A DNA stretch of 64,000 bases from Acidobacteriota bacterium (GCA_046735175.1 JBKPSP010000027.1:220-64219); one strand, 5' to 3'. Positions 10,232 through 19,792 are shown, counted from the first letter of the stretch. The notes: generated by a model from the letters alone, not told the origin. Program-made: numbers and translations.

Positions 10232-10915
10232 TTACAGCCGGCGATAAATCGTTTCCGGCACATCAAAAACGCGATCGATCAAAACCGTTCCCAACAAGGG
10301 CAGTTTGTATTGCCCAACCTGTTGCTTCGCGTTCAATGCGACCTCTTTCCTGGTTTTGTTTGCGGTCACAACCAGCACGGCGGCATCGCAAACGCCGGCG
10401 AACGCCGGCAACTCGCCACTTCCCGCGCTCGTGGCGAAAAGAAAATATTGGAAAATCGTGCGGAACTCGGCCATGGATCCGCGCGGCGCGAAGCTCTCCT
10501 GGGCCAGGCGATCGCGGAACAACCATCCCGGCAGACGCCATACGCGATCGCTCAGCGCCACCGAATGAGCGCGCCACACATTCGATTCGGCAACACTCTG
10601 TGGAGGCCGTTTTGACGAAGGCGATACCAGCGCTCCGCCAATGACCGCCGCCTTCAGTCCTGAAATCGTGGCAAGTGTCACCGCGCTCTTCTCGCACAAC
10701 TCGACAACACGCGTCTCCTGATCGGCTGCAAGAAATAGAACCTTTCGGGGCACAACACTTGACCCCGTCGACACGAAGACTTGCCGAACGAGCCCGGCAT
10801 AAGGATCATTCGAGAGAACGTCCGGCCCGAAATCGGCGCCAGAAACTGTCGCGGTATCCGTCTGCGGAATGCGGGCCGGGGATCCAAGTTTCCAGAGCTC
10901 CGCGCTGACGCTCAT
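10232..10915 (-). CDS. BY-kinase (CpsD/EpsG)-like protein with degenerate nucleotide-binding motifs
   Basis: Position and overall pattern match the tyrosine autokinase of EPS loci. The Walker A position reads LFLAADQETRV instead of GEGKS, and there is no C-terminal Tyr cluster. ATGA overlap with the upstream chain-length determinant gene. Confidence 0.6.
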   Translation of the reverse strand: MSVSAELWKLGSPARIPQTDTATVSGADFGPDVLSNDPYAGLVRQVFVSTGSSVVPRKVLFLAADQETRVVELCEKSAVTLATISGLKAAVIGGALVSPSSKRPPQSVAESNVWRAHSVALSDRVWRLPGWLFRDRLAQESFAPRGSMAEFRTIFQYFLFATSAGSGELPAFAGVCDAAVLVVTANKTRKEVALNAKQQVGQYKLPLLGTVLIDRVFDVPETIYRRL

Positions 10916-12426
10916 ACTCCCCTCAGTCTTTCTTTCGGCAGAGAGCGCGGTTTAGGCAGCGCAGCCAGCACTGGCGTTCCCAACACCTGCATCACGTCAC
11001 CGGGACCGCGGAGAGATGGATCAAGATAGTTGGCGACGAACGCACAACCGGTGCTGACGGTCATCGCGCCAAACATCGCAACCAATGTTGAACTCCACAG
11101 CGGCCACACCGGCAAAACCGGCACATGAGGCGCTTCCGCGAGCGTGACGTTCAACATTCCGTTTTGATCGAGCGCATCTCCTATACGCGCCTCTTCGCGC
11201 TTGTTTACGTACAGCAGATATTTGTCTGCCGCTGACTTTAAGTTTTGTTCCAGGTCGCGCTGAACGATTGCGTTCTCGCCTAGCTTTTGCGCTGTCTGGC
11301 GATAGCCGATGATCTGCTTCAATTCGGTCACGTGCCGCTCTTCAAGTGCGTCGAGTTCAACTCGACTCTTCAAAGCTTCCGAATGGGCCCACTGGTATTC
11401 CGGGTCTTGTTCGGTTGTCTCGTCCCGCAGAGGCCTGAGGTCCTCCGCATCGATCGCAGATTTCGTCTGCCTGATCTGGTCCTCGACTTCCTGCACCAGG
11501 CGATAAGAGGGCTGAAATTTCGTCAGCAGTTCGGTGCGCCGAAGCTGAAGTTCAAGAAGTTTGGACTTGAGCTTTTCCTGGAGCTGCTGGTTGTCGGTAT
11601 TTCGGACCTGTCCTACCCGACGCTCTGGCAGGTCATGGAGTTTTGCCTCAAGGGTGTGCGCGCGCTTCGTTGCTTCTGCAATGGAGGCACGCAGCCCGAG
11701 ATCGCCAGCCTCAGCTTCACTTAATTTCTGAAGCGCCAGGTCACGTTCCAGTTCCGGGGACACTACGCGGTTCCTGCGCGTGAAGTCCATCAACCGTCGT
11801 TGTGCCGCATCCAGTGCCTGCCTTGCCTGCTGCATCTGCGATTCGAAAAACGTCTGCTGGCCCGAAGGACGCTTCATTGCAGCGTGTTTCTTGATGTATG
11901 CGTCAGCCAATTTTTCCAAGACTGCGGCTGACAGTTCGGGATTGCCAGAGCTGTAGGCGATCGTGATCAGCCGTGACTTACGGACCGGCAACACATCCAG
12001 TTTTTGAGCGAGACGTTGTACAGCCTTCTGTGTCCTTAGCTCTTGCGAATCGTTTCGCAAAGATGGCAGCCACGAATGTCTTTCGGCGAGTCCCGTTCCG
12101 AGAACGACCTCTCGAAGAATGTCGCCGTCGCGAACCAATTCCATCTCAGAATTCATTTCCTCTTCCGAGATTTCATCGTGATCGAACGCCGGCGAAACGG
12201 TCTGCGTGGGTGTTAACGCCGGATCGATGCGGCCTCGGCGGACAAGTATCTTCATTTCCGCTTTGTACGACGGCATCAAAATGGCGTAGCCCGTGATTCC
12301 GGTGAAGATGAGAAGGAAAACGATGACAAACATTAGCTTGTGACGAAACAGAATGCTTGCCACATCTCTCGCCGTAAGTCGGCGAGACGGATCGAACCGC
12401 GCAGCGAGTTGTAAGGAATCCCCCAT
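10912..12426 (-). CDS. Polysaccharide chain-length determinant (Wzz/GumC family)
   Basis: 504 aa. N-terminal Wzz-type TM segment (HKLMFVIVFLLIFTGITGYAIL), a long coiled-coil periplasmic region and a C-terminal TM helix. Confidence 0.85.
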   Translation of the reverse strand: MGDSLQLAARFDPSRRLTARDVASILFRHKLMFVIVFLLIFTGITGYAILMPSYKAEMKILVRRGRIDPALTPTQTVSPAFDHDEISEEEMNSEMELVRDGDILREVVLGTGLAERHSWLPSLRNDSQELRTQKAVQRLAQKLDVLPVRKSRLITIAYSSGNPELSAAVLEKLADAYIKKHAAMKRPSGQQTFFESQMQQARQALDAAQRRLMDFTRRNRVVSPELERDLALQKLSEAEAGDLGLRASIAEATKRAHTLEAKLHDLPERRVGQVRNTDNQQLQEKLKSKLLELQLRRTELLTKFQPSYRLVQEVEDQIRQTKSAIDAEDLRPLRDETTEQDPEYQWAHSEALKSRVELDALEERHVTELKQIIGYRQTAQKLGENAIVQRDLEQNLKSAADKYLLYVNKREEARIGDALDQNGMLNVTLAEAPHVPVLPVWPLWSSTLVAMFGAMTVSTGCAFVANYLDPSLRGPGDVMQVLGTPVLAALPKPRSLPKERLRGV

Positions 12427-12428
12427 AT

Positions 12429-13151
12429 TTAAAACTGCGCCGGCGTAAAGAAAGTGCTGAGACTCGATGCCGGAAGAAATTTCTTGATCTTCGAAATTCT
12501 GTTCTGCGGAACGAAGAGCATGTCTCCAGGTTTTAATTCCTGGTCTTCTTCCAGGTTCCGCGAAGCAAGCATTGCTTTGAGATTTAATACGTGAGTTTCA
12601 ACAATGCCACTGCTGATTCGCCGAAAAACCACGACTTGGGAGTGTTTTGAGGCGTCGGTGAACCCACCGGCGATCTGGACCGCCTCGGCTGCCGTGGTTG
12701 GAGAGCGCAACTCATACTTGCCCGGGCGTCCGACCTGGCCACCCGCCACAAAAAACGGATGCTCGAAATCCTTAAGGGTGACGCTGACCTCGGGGTCGCG
12801 CAGCGAAGGTTGATACGCTTTCGTGATTGCATCGTGCAAATCAGCTAGAGTCAGGCCCTCTGCCAGCAGATCACCAACTGACTTCAACGATATGAATCCA
12901 TCCGGCTGGACCGTTAACTCCTGGTCAAATTCCGGCGTGAAAGTAAATCGGACTTGGACGACATCGCTTTTTCGCAACCGGTACAGCGGACGGCGTTCCC
13001 CCGTCAGGGCCGGACTCCCGTTTTTAGGATTTCCTGTGCCGTCCGCCACACTGGTTTCTGTGCTGACTGCCCTGCTTTGGGTCTGGGCAGGGATCGCCAA
13101 TGAGATCAGCCATGCGGCAAACATCGCACGAATTGCACGCTCGAGAATCAT
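12429..13151 (-). CDS. Polysaccharide export outer-membrane protein (Wza-like, Poly_export + SLBB)
   Basis: 240 aa with a signal peptide, a YRLRKSDVVQVRF... Poly_export motif and a GKYEL...GGFT SLBB-like segment. First gene of the minus-strand EPS operon, 2 nt from the next gene. Confidence 0.85.
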   Translation of the reverse strand: MILERAIRAMFAAWLISLAIPAQTQSRAVSTETSVADGTGNPKNGSPALTGERRPLYRLRKSDVVQVRFTFTPEFDQELTVQPDGFISLKSVGDLLAEGLTLADLHDAITKAYQPSLRDPEVSVTLKDFEHPFFVAGGQVGRPGKYELRSPTTAAEAVQIAGGFTDASKHSQVVVFRRISSGIVETHVLNLKAMLASRNLEEDQELKPGDMLFVPQNRISKIKKFLPASSLSTFFTPAQF

Positions 13152-13495
13152 TGGCGCTTGGCTGACGGACGAATCACTCCGTCGCCATTGGCAAGTTAGC
13201 CTCGCGTGCCACGACCTACAAGGCGCGAAAAGTACGGTGTACGAAAGTAGGTAGAGAGATCGGCTTACAACTTCCGATGTAGAAGCGCATTAATCGATGA
13301 AGTTGCAAGCACTTGCAGCAAGCGTGGCTGCCTGATGGCATGTTTCTTCAGGCCAGCCTTCAAAATTCAGCTTGCTTATCATCGGAAGTTTTCCACAGGC
13401 TAAAAGCCACTAAATACGTTCCTTGGTCACTGAAACCATGAGCCAGACTCGATAGACTGCCGCTAATCCCAGCAAACTTCGCTGCCTGGTGGCTT

Positions 13496-14206
13496 ATGAC
13501 AAATCATGATTCGAAATCGCAGGTGAGAATTAGCGTGTTGCTGGCCGACTCCAAACCACTGGAGAGCCAACTGCTTGCCGCGTCGTTACAGCAGCGCGGC
13601 CTTGAGGTGATTACGTGCGGAAACGACGTGAGTTCCATTTTGGAACTGATGGATCGCCGTGCCGTGGACGTTGCGGTCCTGAGCTGTGCAGAGCCGCATT
13701 CCGGGCTGCCCGACATGGCGGCGCTACGAACTTTGCATCTGACGCATCCACAAATCCCCAAGATATGTTTGATGGAAACCGACGCCAGCGAACTGGCAGT
13801 GCAGGCATTTCGTTCGGGCGCGCGCGGACTGTTTTGCCTGTCAGACTCGTCTTTTCAGGTGTTCTGCGAATGTATTGAGCGAGTGCATCGTGGAGAAATC
13901 TTCGCAACGACAGAGCAGTTGAATTGCCTGCTGGATTCTGTTTGCCAATTGCCATGTCTTAGAGTGCTTAGCGCCAACGGAGAAAAGCTTCTGACCTCGC
14001 GTGAGGAACAGGTGGTCGCACTGGTTGCCGACGGCCTGAGTAATCGCGATGTCGCGACCGAACTCGGGTTGAGCGAGCACACAGTGAAGAAGTATCTGTT
14101 TCGCATATTTGAGAAGTTAGGCATCTCGAGCCGGGTGGAACTGGTGCTCTACGCCCTGAATCACGGCGCTACACAGCAGTTACAGTGGGTGGTGGCGGGA
14201 GCGTAA
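13496..14206 (+). CDS. LuxR/FixJ-type transcriptional regulator with an atypical (non-phosphorylatable-looking) receiver domain
   Basis: C-terminal LuxR HTH (LTSREEQVVALVADGLSNRDVATELGLSEHTVKKYLFRIFEKLG). The receiver-like N-terminus has Ser at the phospho-acceptor position (VDVAVLSCAEP). Confidence 0.8.
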   Translation: MTNHDSKSQVRISVLLADSKPLESQLLAASLQQRGLEVITCGNDVSSILELMDRRAVDVAVLSCAEPHSGLPDMAALRTLHLTHPQIPKICLMETDASELAVQAFRSGARGLFCLSDSSFQVFCECIERVHRGEIFATTEQLNCLLDSVCQLPCLRVLSANGEKLLTSREEQVVALVADGLSNRDVATELGLSEHTVKKYLFRIFEKLGISSRVELVLYALNHGATQQLQWVVAGA

Positions 14207-14228
14207 CCACGTTTCTGTTCGCAATTGC

Positions 14229-14633
14229 TTGATAGGCCCGCCCCTGTCATACAATGGCAGTGCCTTGCCATTGCTGAAGCGCAAAACCGTCCTTGGCGCG
14301 GGGTTCCTTTGTATCGCCTTGACCCTGGTGGTGATGTTCACCAGCCCGGCCGCATTTCGCAGCCCGTTGGCCTTGGTGGTCATGGCCCTGATTGGCGCGG
14401 CCGCGGTACTGCTGCAGATCCAACTTCGTGACGGTGAATCGAGTCACTTTCGTCCGCCGGTGTGGCTCAACGTCGCGGGTATTCTCTTTACTATAGGGGC
14501 GCTTTTCCCATCCGCCTTGCACCTTGGCGGGAAACTCGTGCAGGCCATGGTACTCGGCGCGGTGGGCAGCTTTGCCATCAGCAGCGCGCTCATTCTTCAT
14601 GGGTTTCGCAAGGACTCGCCAAGACCGGAATGA
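14229..14633 (+). CDS. Hypothetical small membrane protein (about 4 TM helices)
   Basis: Hydrophobic 134-aa ORF with a TTG start (uncertain). Its stop overlaps the rpiA start as ATGA, suggesting co-translation. Confidence 0.45.
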   Translation: MIGPPLSYNGSALPLLKRKTVLGAGFLCIALTLVVMFTSPAAFRSPLALVVMALIGAAAVLLQIQLRDGESSHFRPPVWLNVAGILFTIGALFPSALHLGGKLVQAMVLGAVGSFAISSALILHGFRKDSPRPE

Positions 14634-15331
14634 ACTCGACGAAAACTGAAGTCAATCTTCGCGACCGGGAAAAAGAAGCAGCGGCCTCAGCCGCGCTGGA
14701 CCTGGTGCAACCAGGCCAGATTGTCGGGCTGGGATCAGGTTCCACCGCAACTTATTTTGTGAAATTTCTGGCGGAGCGCGTCCGCCAGGGATTGAAAGTC
14801 ACGGGAATCCCGACATCGCAAGCAACCAAGGAGCTAGCCGAGCAGCTTGGCATTCCCCTCACCACGCTCGACGCCCACCCTGAGATTGATATCGATATCG
14901 ACGGCGCCGACGAGATCGATCCGGACCTCAACCTTATTAAAGGAGGCGGGGGCGCCTTCCTGCGAGAGAAGGTGATCGCATCGGTCTCAAAGCGGTTCGT
15001 GGTGATCGCGGATTCCCTCAAACAAGTCAAACAGCTGGGCAAATTTCCGCTGCCGGTTGAGGTCATCGCCTTCGCCCAATCTCTGATTTCTCCGCAAATC
15101 CAAAAACTCGGCGCGCAAGTCGTTTTGCGGCGTCACGCGGATGGCAGCGTCTATATCACTGACGAGGGACATCACATTCTCGACTGCACCTTCGGCGTGA
15201 TCGATGACCCTCCCGCGCTTGCTGCAGCGATCCGCAAGATCCCCGGCGTGGTCGAGCACGGACTATTCATCGACATGGCCGAAATGGCGCTCATCGGCCG
15301 GGACGGATCTATCATTACACTCCGCCGATGA
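14630..15331 (+). CDS. rpiA: Ribose-5-phosphate isomerase A
   Basis: GLGSGSTA motif, DGADEID and IKGGGGA motifs. The start is set at MNSTKTEV (ATG 14630) rather than the long 14462 ORF. Confidence 0.9.
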   Translation: MNSTKTEVNLRDREKEAAASAALDLVQPGQIVGLGSGSTATYFVKFLAERVRQGLKVTGIPTSQATKELAEQLGIPLTTLDAHPEIDIDIDGADEIDPDLNLIKGGGGAFLREKVIASVSKRFVVIADSLKQVKQLGKFPLPVEVIAFAQSLISPQIQKLGAQVVLRRHADGSVYITDEGHHILDCTFGVIDDPPALAAAIRKIPGVVEHGLFIDMAEMALIGRDGSIITLRR

Positions 15332-17013
15332 CCGCTATCAATATGAGATGTCTCAGGATTGCAATATTTGCGATCGCCCTTGTGCCCTTGCAGGCTGAAG
15401 GCCCGCAACCCGTCACCATCGAAGTCCGCGCCGATCATCCCCAGGGTTCTCTTCCCACATCGTGGAATTTCTTCGGTTACGACGAACCGAACTACACCTA
15501 CGCTCCGAATGGAAAAAAGCTCCTCAACGAAATCGGCCGGCTGAGTCCAACGCCGGCCTACATTCGTGTCCACAATCTTTTCACCACCGGCGACGGCTCA
15601 TCCTCATTGAAGTGGGGATCGACAAATGTCTACACGGAGGACGCGTCCGCCCACCCGGTCTACGATTGGAAAATTATCGACCGTATCTTCGACACATTTC
15701 ACGACTCCGGTCTCAAGCCTCTTGTCGAACTCGGCTTCACGCCCGAAGCGCTCTCCACGCACCCGGAGCCTTATCGCCACAATTTTCCCAATGGATCCAT
15801 TTACACCGGCTGGGCGTACCCACCGAAGGATTACCAGAAGTTCGCTGACCTCGTTTTTCAATTCACAAAGCATCTCCGCGATCGCTACGGCGATGCCGAA
15901 GTGAAAACCTGGCTTTGGGAAGTGTGGAACGAACCCGACATCGACTACTGGCACGGAACGCCGGAAGAATATTTCAAGCTCTACGACTACTCAGCGGAGG
16001 CCGTCCTTCGCGCCTTACCCGGAGCAAAAATCGGCGGCCCAGACTCCACGGGCCCGGGACGCCCCAAGTCCGCCGACTTCCTTCGCCACTTCCTTCAGCA
16101 CTGCGATACCGGCACCAACTACGCCACCGGCAAACCTGGCGCGCCGCTCGATTTCATCAGCTTTCATCCCAAAGGATCGCCAACGTGGCAAGGCGATCAC
16201 GTCCAAATGGGCATCGCCGCACAGCTGAACGCGATCGAGCAGGGTTTCAAAATCGTCGCTTCATTTCCTAAATGGCGCAACACGCCGGTCGTTCTCGGCG
16301 AATCCGATCCCGAGGGCTGTGCCGCATGCTCGGCCGAAAAGAATCCGCAGAACGGCTACCGCAACGGCGCGCTCTACGCCGCTTACGAAGCCGAAGCCTA
16401 CAGCCAAACTCTGGCGCTCGCCGAACGAGAACACATCCATCTGCTGGGCGTAGTCACCTGGGCTTTCGAGTTTGAAGATCAGCCTTATTTCGCCGGGTTT
16501 CGCGAACTCGCCTCAGGTGGCCTGGACAAGCCTGTTCTCAACGCATTTTGCATGTTCGGCTTGATGGATCGAGATCGGGTTGAAACCATTAGTTCCGCTT
16601 CCTTACCCACTGATCAAATCGTGCGCGATGGAGTCCGGGCCGCCCCCGACATTCGCGCCATCGCCACGCGCTCCGACCGCAGCCTGGAAGTATTGGTCTG
16701 GAACTACCACGACGACGATCTCCCCTCGCCTTCCAATACAGTACACCTCACGATCACCGGGTTACCGCAGTCCGTCAACCGCACATTGCTCGAACACTTC
16801 CGCATCGATGCTCGGCACAGCAACGCCTTCACCGCCTGGAAAGAAATAGGATCGCCGCAGCATCCGTCACCTGAGCAATACAACAACCTTGAATCAGCCG
16901 GACAGTTGCAGCTTCTGACTTCACCCTCCTGGATTCAACTCCAGCATGGCACCGCCACTCTCGAATTCGAACTGCCCCGCCAGGGCCTCTCGTTGATAAG
17001 AATCAGCTGGTAG
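15328..17013 (+). CDS. Secreted clan GH-A glycoside hydrolase, GH39-like
   Basis: Signal peptide, WLWEVWNEPD acid/base motif, and size and layout like GH39 beta-xylosidase-type enzymes. ATGA overlap with rpiA. Confidence 0.6.
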   Translation: MTAINMRCLRIAIFAIALVPLQAEGPQPVTIEVRADHPQGSLPTSWNFFGYDEPNYTYAPNGKKLLNEIGRLSPTPAYIRVHNLFTTGDGSSSLKWGSTNVYTEDASAHPVYDWKIIDRIFDTFHDSGLKPLVELGFTPEALSTHPEPYRHNFPNGSIYTGWAYPPKDYQKFADLVFQFTKHLRDRYGDAEVKTWLWEVWNEPDIDYWHGTPEEYFKLYDYSAEAVLRALPGAKIGGPDSTGPGRPKSADFLRHFLQHCDTGTNYATGKPGAPLDFISFHPKGSPTWQGDHVQMGIAAQLNAIEQGFKIVASFPKWRNTPVVLGESDPEGCAACSAEKNPQNGYRNGALYAAYEAEAYSQTLALAEREHIHLLGVVTWAFEFEDQPYFAGFRELASGGLDKPVLNAFCMFGLMDRDRVETISSASLPTDQIVRDGVRAAPDIRAIATRSDRSLEVLVWNYHDDDLPSPSNTVHLTITGLPQSVNRTLLEHFRIDARHSNAFTAWKEIGSPQHPSPEQYNNLESAGQLQLLTSPSWIQLQHGTATLEFELPRQGLSLIRISW

Positions 17014-17040
17014 CGGAGCCTGCCCTGAGCTTGCCGAAGG

Positions 17041-17068
17041 GTCGGACATTCCGTCCGACAATCTTTTA
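17041..17068 (+). terminator. Hairpin plus T-rich tail downstream of the GH39-like gene
   Basis: gtcggac-attcc-gtccgac followed by aatctttta. Confidence 0.5.
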
Positions 17069-17169
17069 CCACTCCGCTTGACAACTCACCCCAACCGCCA
17101 TACTCTGCCTGCGTCCGATTCGTCGCGATCGAGTTCCCGCAGTACATATCTCAACCCCAGGAGAGTTCT

Positions 17170-17421
17170 ATGGCACACGGGATCATCTGGTGGATCGTAG
17201 TTGGACTGATTGCCGGCTGGGCCGCCGGAAAAATCATGAAAGGCGGCGGCTACGGCGTCATCGCCGACATTCTGCTCGGCATCGTCGGCGGCATCGTCGG
17301 CGGCTGGATCGTCGGCCTGCTCGGCGGCGGGGGTGGTGGCGGGCTCATTTCCAGCATACTGGTGGCTATCCTCGGGGCGGTGGTTTTGATCTGGCTTACG
17401 CGGCTGATTAAGAAGGGGTGA
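17170..17421 (+). CDS. GlsB/YeaQ/YmgE family (transglycosylase-associated) small membrane protein
   Basis: 83 aa with a Gly-rich TM pattern (WIVVGLIAGWAAGKIM...GIVGGIVGGWI) typical of this family. Confidence 0.85.
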   Translation: MAHGIIWWIVVGLIAGWAAGKIMKGGGYGVIADILLGIVGGIVGGWIVGLLGGGGGGGLISSILVAILGAVVLIWLTRLIKKG

Positions 17422-17467
17422 GTACTATCATGCAGGCCCACGCAAGAAACTAACTTTCGGCGGGTGG

Positions 17468-17498
17468 CCCACTCAAGCCGGCTTTTGGCTTGAGTGGG
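17468..17498. repeat. CACTCAAG...TTGGCTTGAGTGG hairpin element, copy 1
   Basis: cccactcaagcc-ggctttt-ggcttgagtggg, a 12-bp stem. A related copy lies at 17880-17909. Confidence 0.7.
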
Positions 17499-17541
17499 GA
17501 AGTTGTTAGAGCAAGCGTTGGATTTGATCTGTTCGGGGACA

Positions 17542-17868
17542 ATGGACAGGACCATGACGAAACTTCTTGCTGTCATACTCAGCTTATCTACATATATGGC
17601 TGCCGCAGCCGAGAAGCCGGTAACGATAGTCAGCACCTCTGTGTCAGGCCGACACGTGTTGGTTCATATTCAGCTTGACGGGAAAGCTGATGAGATGACA
17701 TGTACCCGGGGTGTTAAAGGCTGTGTCGTGCCAGATCCGGGCGCCTATTTAATGATTGAACTTTCGCCCGAAGAGAGTCTCTACACTGACTGCGACAATG
17801 TGCGAATCTACTCGCAAGAAACTCAGGCCGGGCAACGAAACGAGATTGGTGATTTCTGTGTTCTGTAG
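17542..17868 (+). CDS. Hypothetical secreted protein
   Basis: The ORF has a signal-peptide-like N-terminus (MDRTMTKLLAVILSLSTYMAAAA). The start was chosen downstream of the hairpin. No recognised domain. Confidence 0.5.
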   Translation: MDRTMTKLLAVILSLSTYMAAAAEKPVTIVSTSVSGRHVLVHIQLDGKADEMTCTRGVKGCVVPDPGAYLMIELSPEESLYTDCDNVRIYSQETQAGQRNEIGDFCVL

Positions 17869-17879
17869 GCAGGTGGTCA

Positions 17880-17909
17880 CCACTCAAGGCCATAGTTGGC
17901 TTGAGTTGG
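17880..17909. repeat. CACTCAAG...TTGGCTTGAGTTGG hairpin element, copy 2 (between convergent genes)
   Basis: ccactcaag-gccatagttgg-cttgagttgg. It sits between the stops at 17868 (+) and 17914 (-) and is likely a bidirectional terminator. Confidence 0.65.
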
Positions 17910-17913
17910 AACG

Positions 17914-19719
17914 TTACTCGCCCTCGCCCACCTTCAGCACCGCCAAGAACGCCTCTTGCGGGATGTCTACCCGCCCGATGCGTTTCATGCGCTTTTTCCC
18001 TTCTTTCTGCTTTTCGAGGAGCTTGCGTTTGCGGGAGATGTCGCCGCCGTAGCATTTGGCAAGGACGTTCTTGCGCATGGCGGCGACGGTTTCGCGGGCG
18101 ATGATCTTTGCTCCGATAGACGCTTGAATAGGAACTTCGAACATCTGTCTCGGGATCAGTGTGCGCATCTTCGAGACCAGCGCTTTGCCGCGTTCGTAAG
18201 CGAAGTCGCGGTGCACGATGATCGAGAGCGCATCCACCGGATCGCCGGCGACCAGGATGTCGAGCTTCACCATCGGCGATTCCCAGGTCCCTGACAGGTG
18301 GTAGTCCAAAGATGCGTATCCGCGCGAAACCGATTTCAGGCGGTCATAAAAATCGAGGACGATTTCGTTCAGCGGCAATTCGTACTGCAGCATGACCCGC
18401 GTCGAGCTCACGTATTCAAAGCTCTTCTGTTTGCCGCGCTTTTCTTCGACCAGCGCCAGAATCCCGCCCACATATTCTTCGTTGGTAAGAATAGTCGCCA
18501 GAATGATCGGCTCGTCGATCTTCGCAATTTCGCTCGGATTCGGCCACCGCGACGGATTATCCACTTCAATCACTTCACCATCGGTCTTCGTAATCTGATA
18601 CCTCACACCCGGGGCCGTCGTTATGAGATCCAGCCCGAATTCCCGCTCCAACCTCTCCTGAATAATTTCCATGTGGAGGAGGCCTAGGAAGCCGCAGCGG
18701 AAGCCGAATCCGAGCGCAACGGAACTTTCTGGCTCGAAGAAGAATGAGGAATCGTTCAGGCGCAACTTTTCCAGCGCCTCGCGCAGTTGAGTGTGCTCGT
18801 GAGAATCCACTGTGTACAGACCAGCAAACACCATTGGCTTGATGTCTTCGAATCCGGGCAGAGGCTCGAGCGCGGGGGCGGAGTCGTCGGTTACGGTGTC
18901 GCCGATTTTCGTGTCGGCAACGTTCTTGATGTTGGCGATCAGAAAGCCGACCTCGCCAGCATGGAGCTCGTCAATCTCGACCGGCTTGGGCGTGAGCACA
19001 CCGAGAGTTTCAACGTCGAAGACCCGGCCGTTCGACCACAAGCGAATCTTCTGTCCCTTGTGCAGCCGTCCTTCGAAGACGCGGACTAGCACAATCACAC
19101 CACGATAAGGATCGAACCAGGAATCGAAGATCAACGCCTGCAGGTGACGTTCGGAGTTGCCTTTCGGCGGCGGAACCTTTTTGACGATGGCTTCGAGCAC
19201 ATCGGGGACGCCTTCGCCGGTTTTGGCGCTGATGAGTAGAGCATCAGTCGCGTCGAGGCCGACCGCGCCTTCAATCATCTCTTTCGTGCGTGGGATATCG
19301 GCGCTCGGGAGGTCGATCTTGTTGATGACCGGAATGATCTCCAGCCCGTGGTTGATCGCAAGATATGAATTCGCCAGCGTCTGCGCTTCAACTCCTTGGG
19401 ATGCATCCACCACCAGCAGCGCGCCCTCGCATGATGCCAGCGAACGCGAAACTTCGTAGGAAAAATCGACGTGGCCCGGAGTGTCAATCAAATTGAGCTG
19501 ATAGGTTTCGCCATCTTTCGCGGTGTACATCAACCGGACGGCGTGGGCTTTGATGGTGATTCCGCGCTCGCGCTCCAGGTCCATCGAGTCGAGCACCTGC
19601 GCTTCCATCTCGCGGGCGGTCAGGGCACCGGTCAACTCCAGCAGGCGGTCCGCAAGCGTAGATTTCCCATGGTCAATGTGCGCCACGACCGAGAAATTGC
19701 GGATATGCTGGGGATCCAT
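17914..19719 (-). CDS. lepA: Translation elongation factor 4 (LepA)
   Basis: [22 protein letters not shown]1 motif, [12 protein letters not shown], and the conserved LepA C-terminal domain. Confidence 0.97.
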   Translation of the reverse strand: MDPQHIRNFSVVAHIDHGKSTLADRLLELTGALTAREMEAQVLDSMDLERERGITIKAHAVRLMYTAKDGETYQLNLIDTPGHVDFSYEVSRSLASCEGALLVVDASQGVEAQTLANSYLAINHGLEIIPVINKIDLPSADIPRTKEMIEGAVGLDATDALLISAKTGEGVPDVLEAIVKKVPPPKGNSERHLQALIFDSWFDPYRGVIVLVRVFEGRLHKGQKIRLWSNGRVFDVETLGVLTPKPVEIDELHAGEVGFLIANIKNVADTKIGDTVTDDSAPALEPLPGFEDIKPMVFAGLYTVDSHEHTQLREALEKLRLNDSSFFFEPESSVALGFGFRCGFLGLLHMEIIQERLEREFGLDLITTAPGVRYQITKTDGEVIEVDNPSRWPNPSEIAKIDEPIILATILTNEEYVGGILALVEEKRGKQKSFEYVSSTRVMLQYELPLNEIVLDFYDRLKSVSRGYASLDYHLSGTWESPMVKLDILVAGDPVDALSIIVHRDFAYERGKALVSKMRTLIPRQMFEVPIQASIGAKIIARETVAAMRKNVLAKCYGGDISRKRKLLEKQKEGKKRMKRIGRVDIPQEAFLAVLKVGEGE

Positions 19720-19792
19720 AGGAGAGCGGATTAAGTACTGATTCTAACAGCCGTATAGCTAGGGGATTGGCGGGCGAGAGCGAGAGCGTTGT

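Noticed and set aside
13304-13317. Palindrome TGCAAG-CA-CTTGCA in the EPS/LuxR divergent region as an operator
   Set aside because: A 6+6 palindrome is expected by chance roughly once in a few hundred nt when several spacings are allowed. No second copy was seen.
13336-13350. Possible sigma54 promoter TGGCATGTTTCTTCA upstream of the LuxR-type gene
   Set aside because: The -24 GG is present, but the -12 element reads TTCA instead of TTGC. That is not convincing.
14462-14629. 56-codon N-terminal extension of rpiA in the ORF track
   Set aside because: It overlaps the upstream membrane-protein ORF in another frame. The conserved RpiA sequence begins at ATG 14630, which overlaps the upstream stop as ATGA.
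17190-17411. 73-aa Arg-rich ORF and the 17250-17636 minus-strand ORF
   Set aside because: They are alternative frames of the Gly-rich GlsB/YeaQ/YmgE gene. The repetitive GGC codons create open shadow frames.
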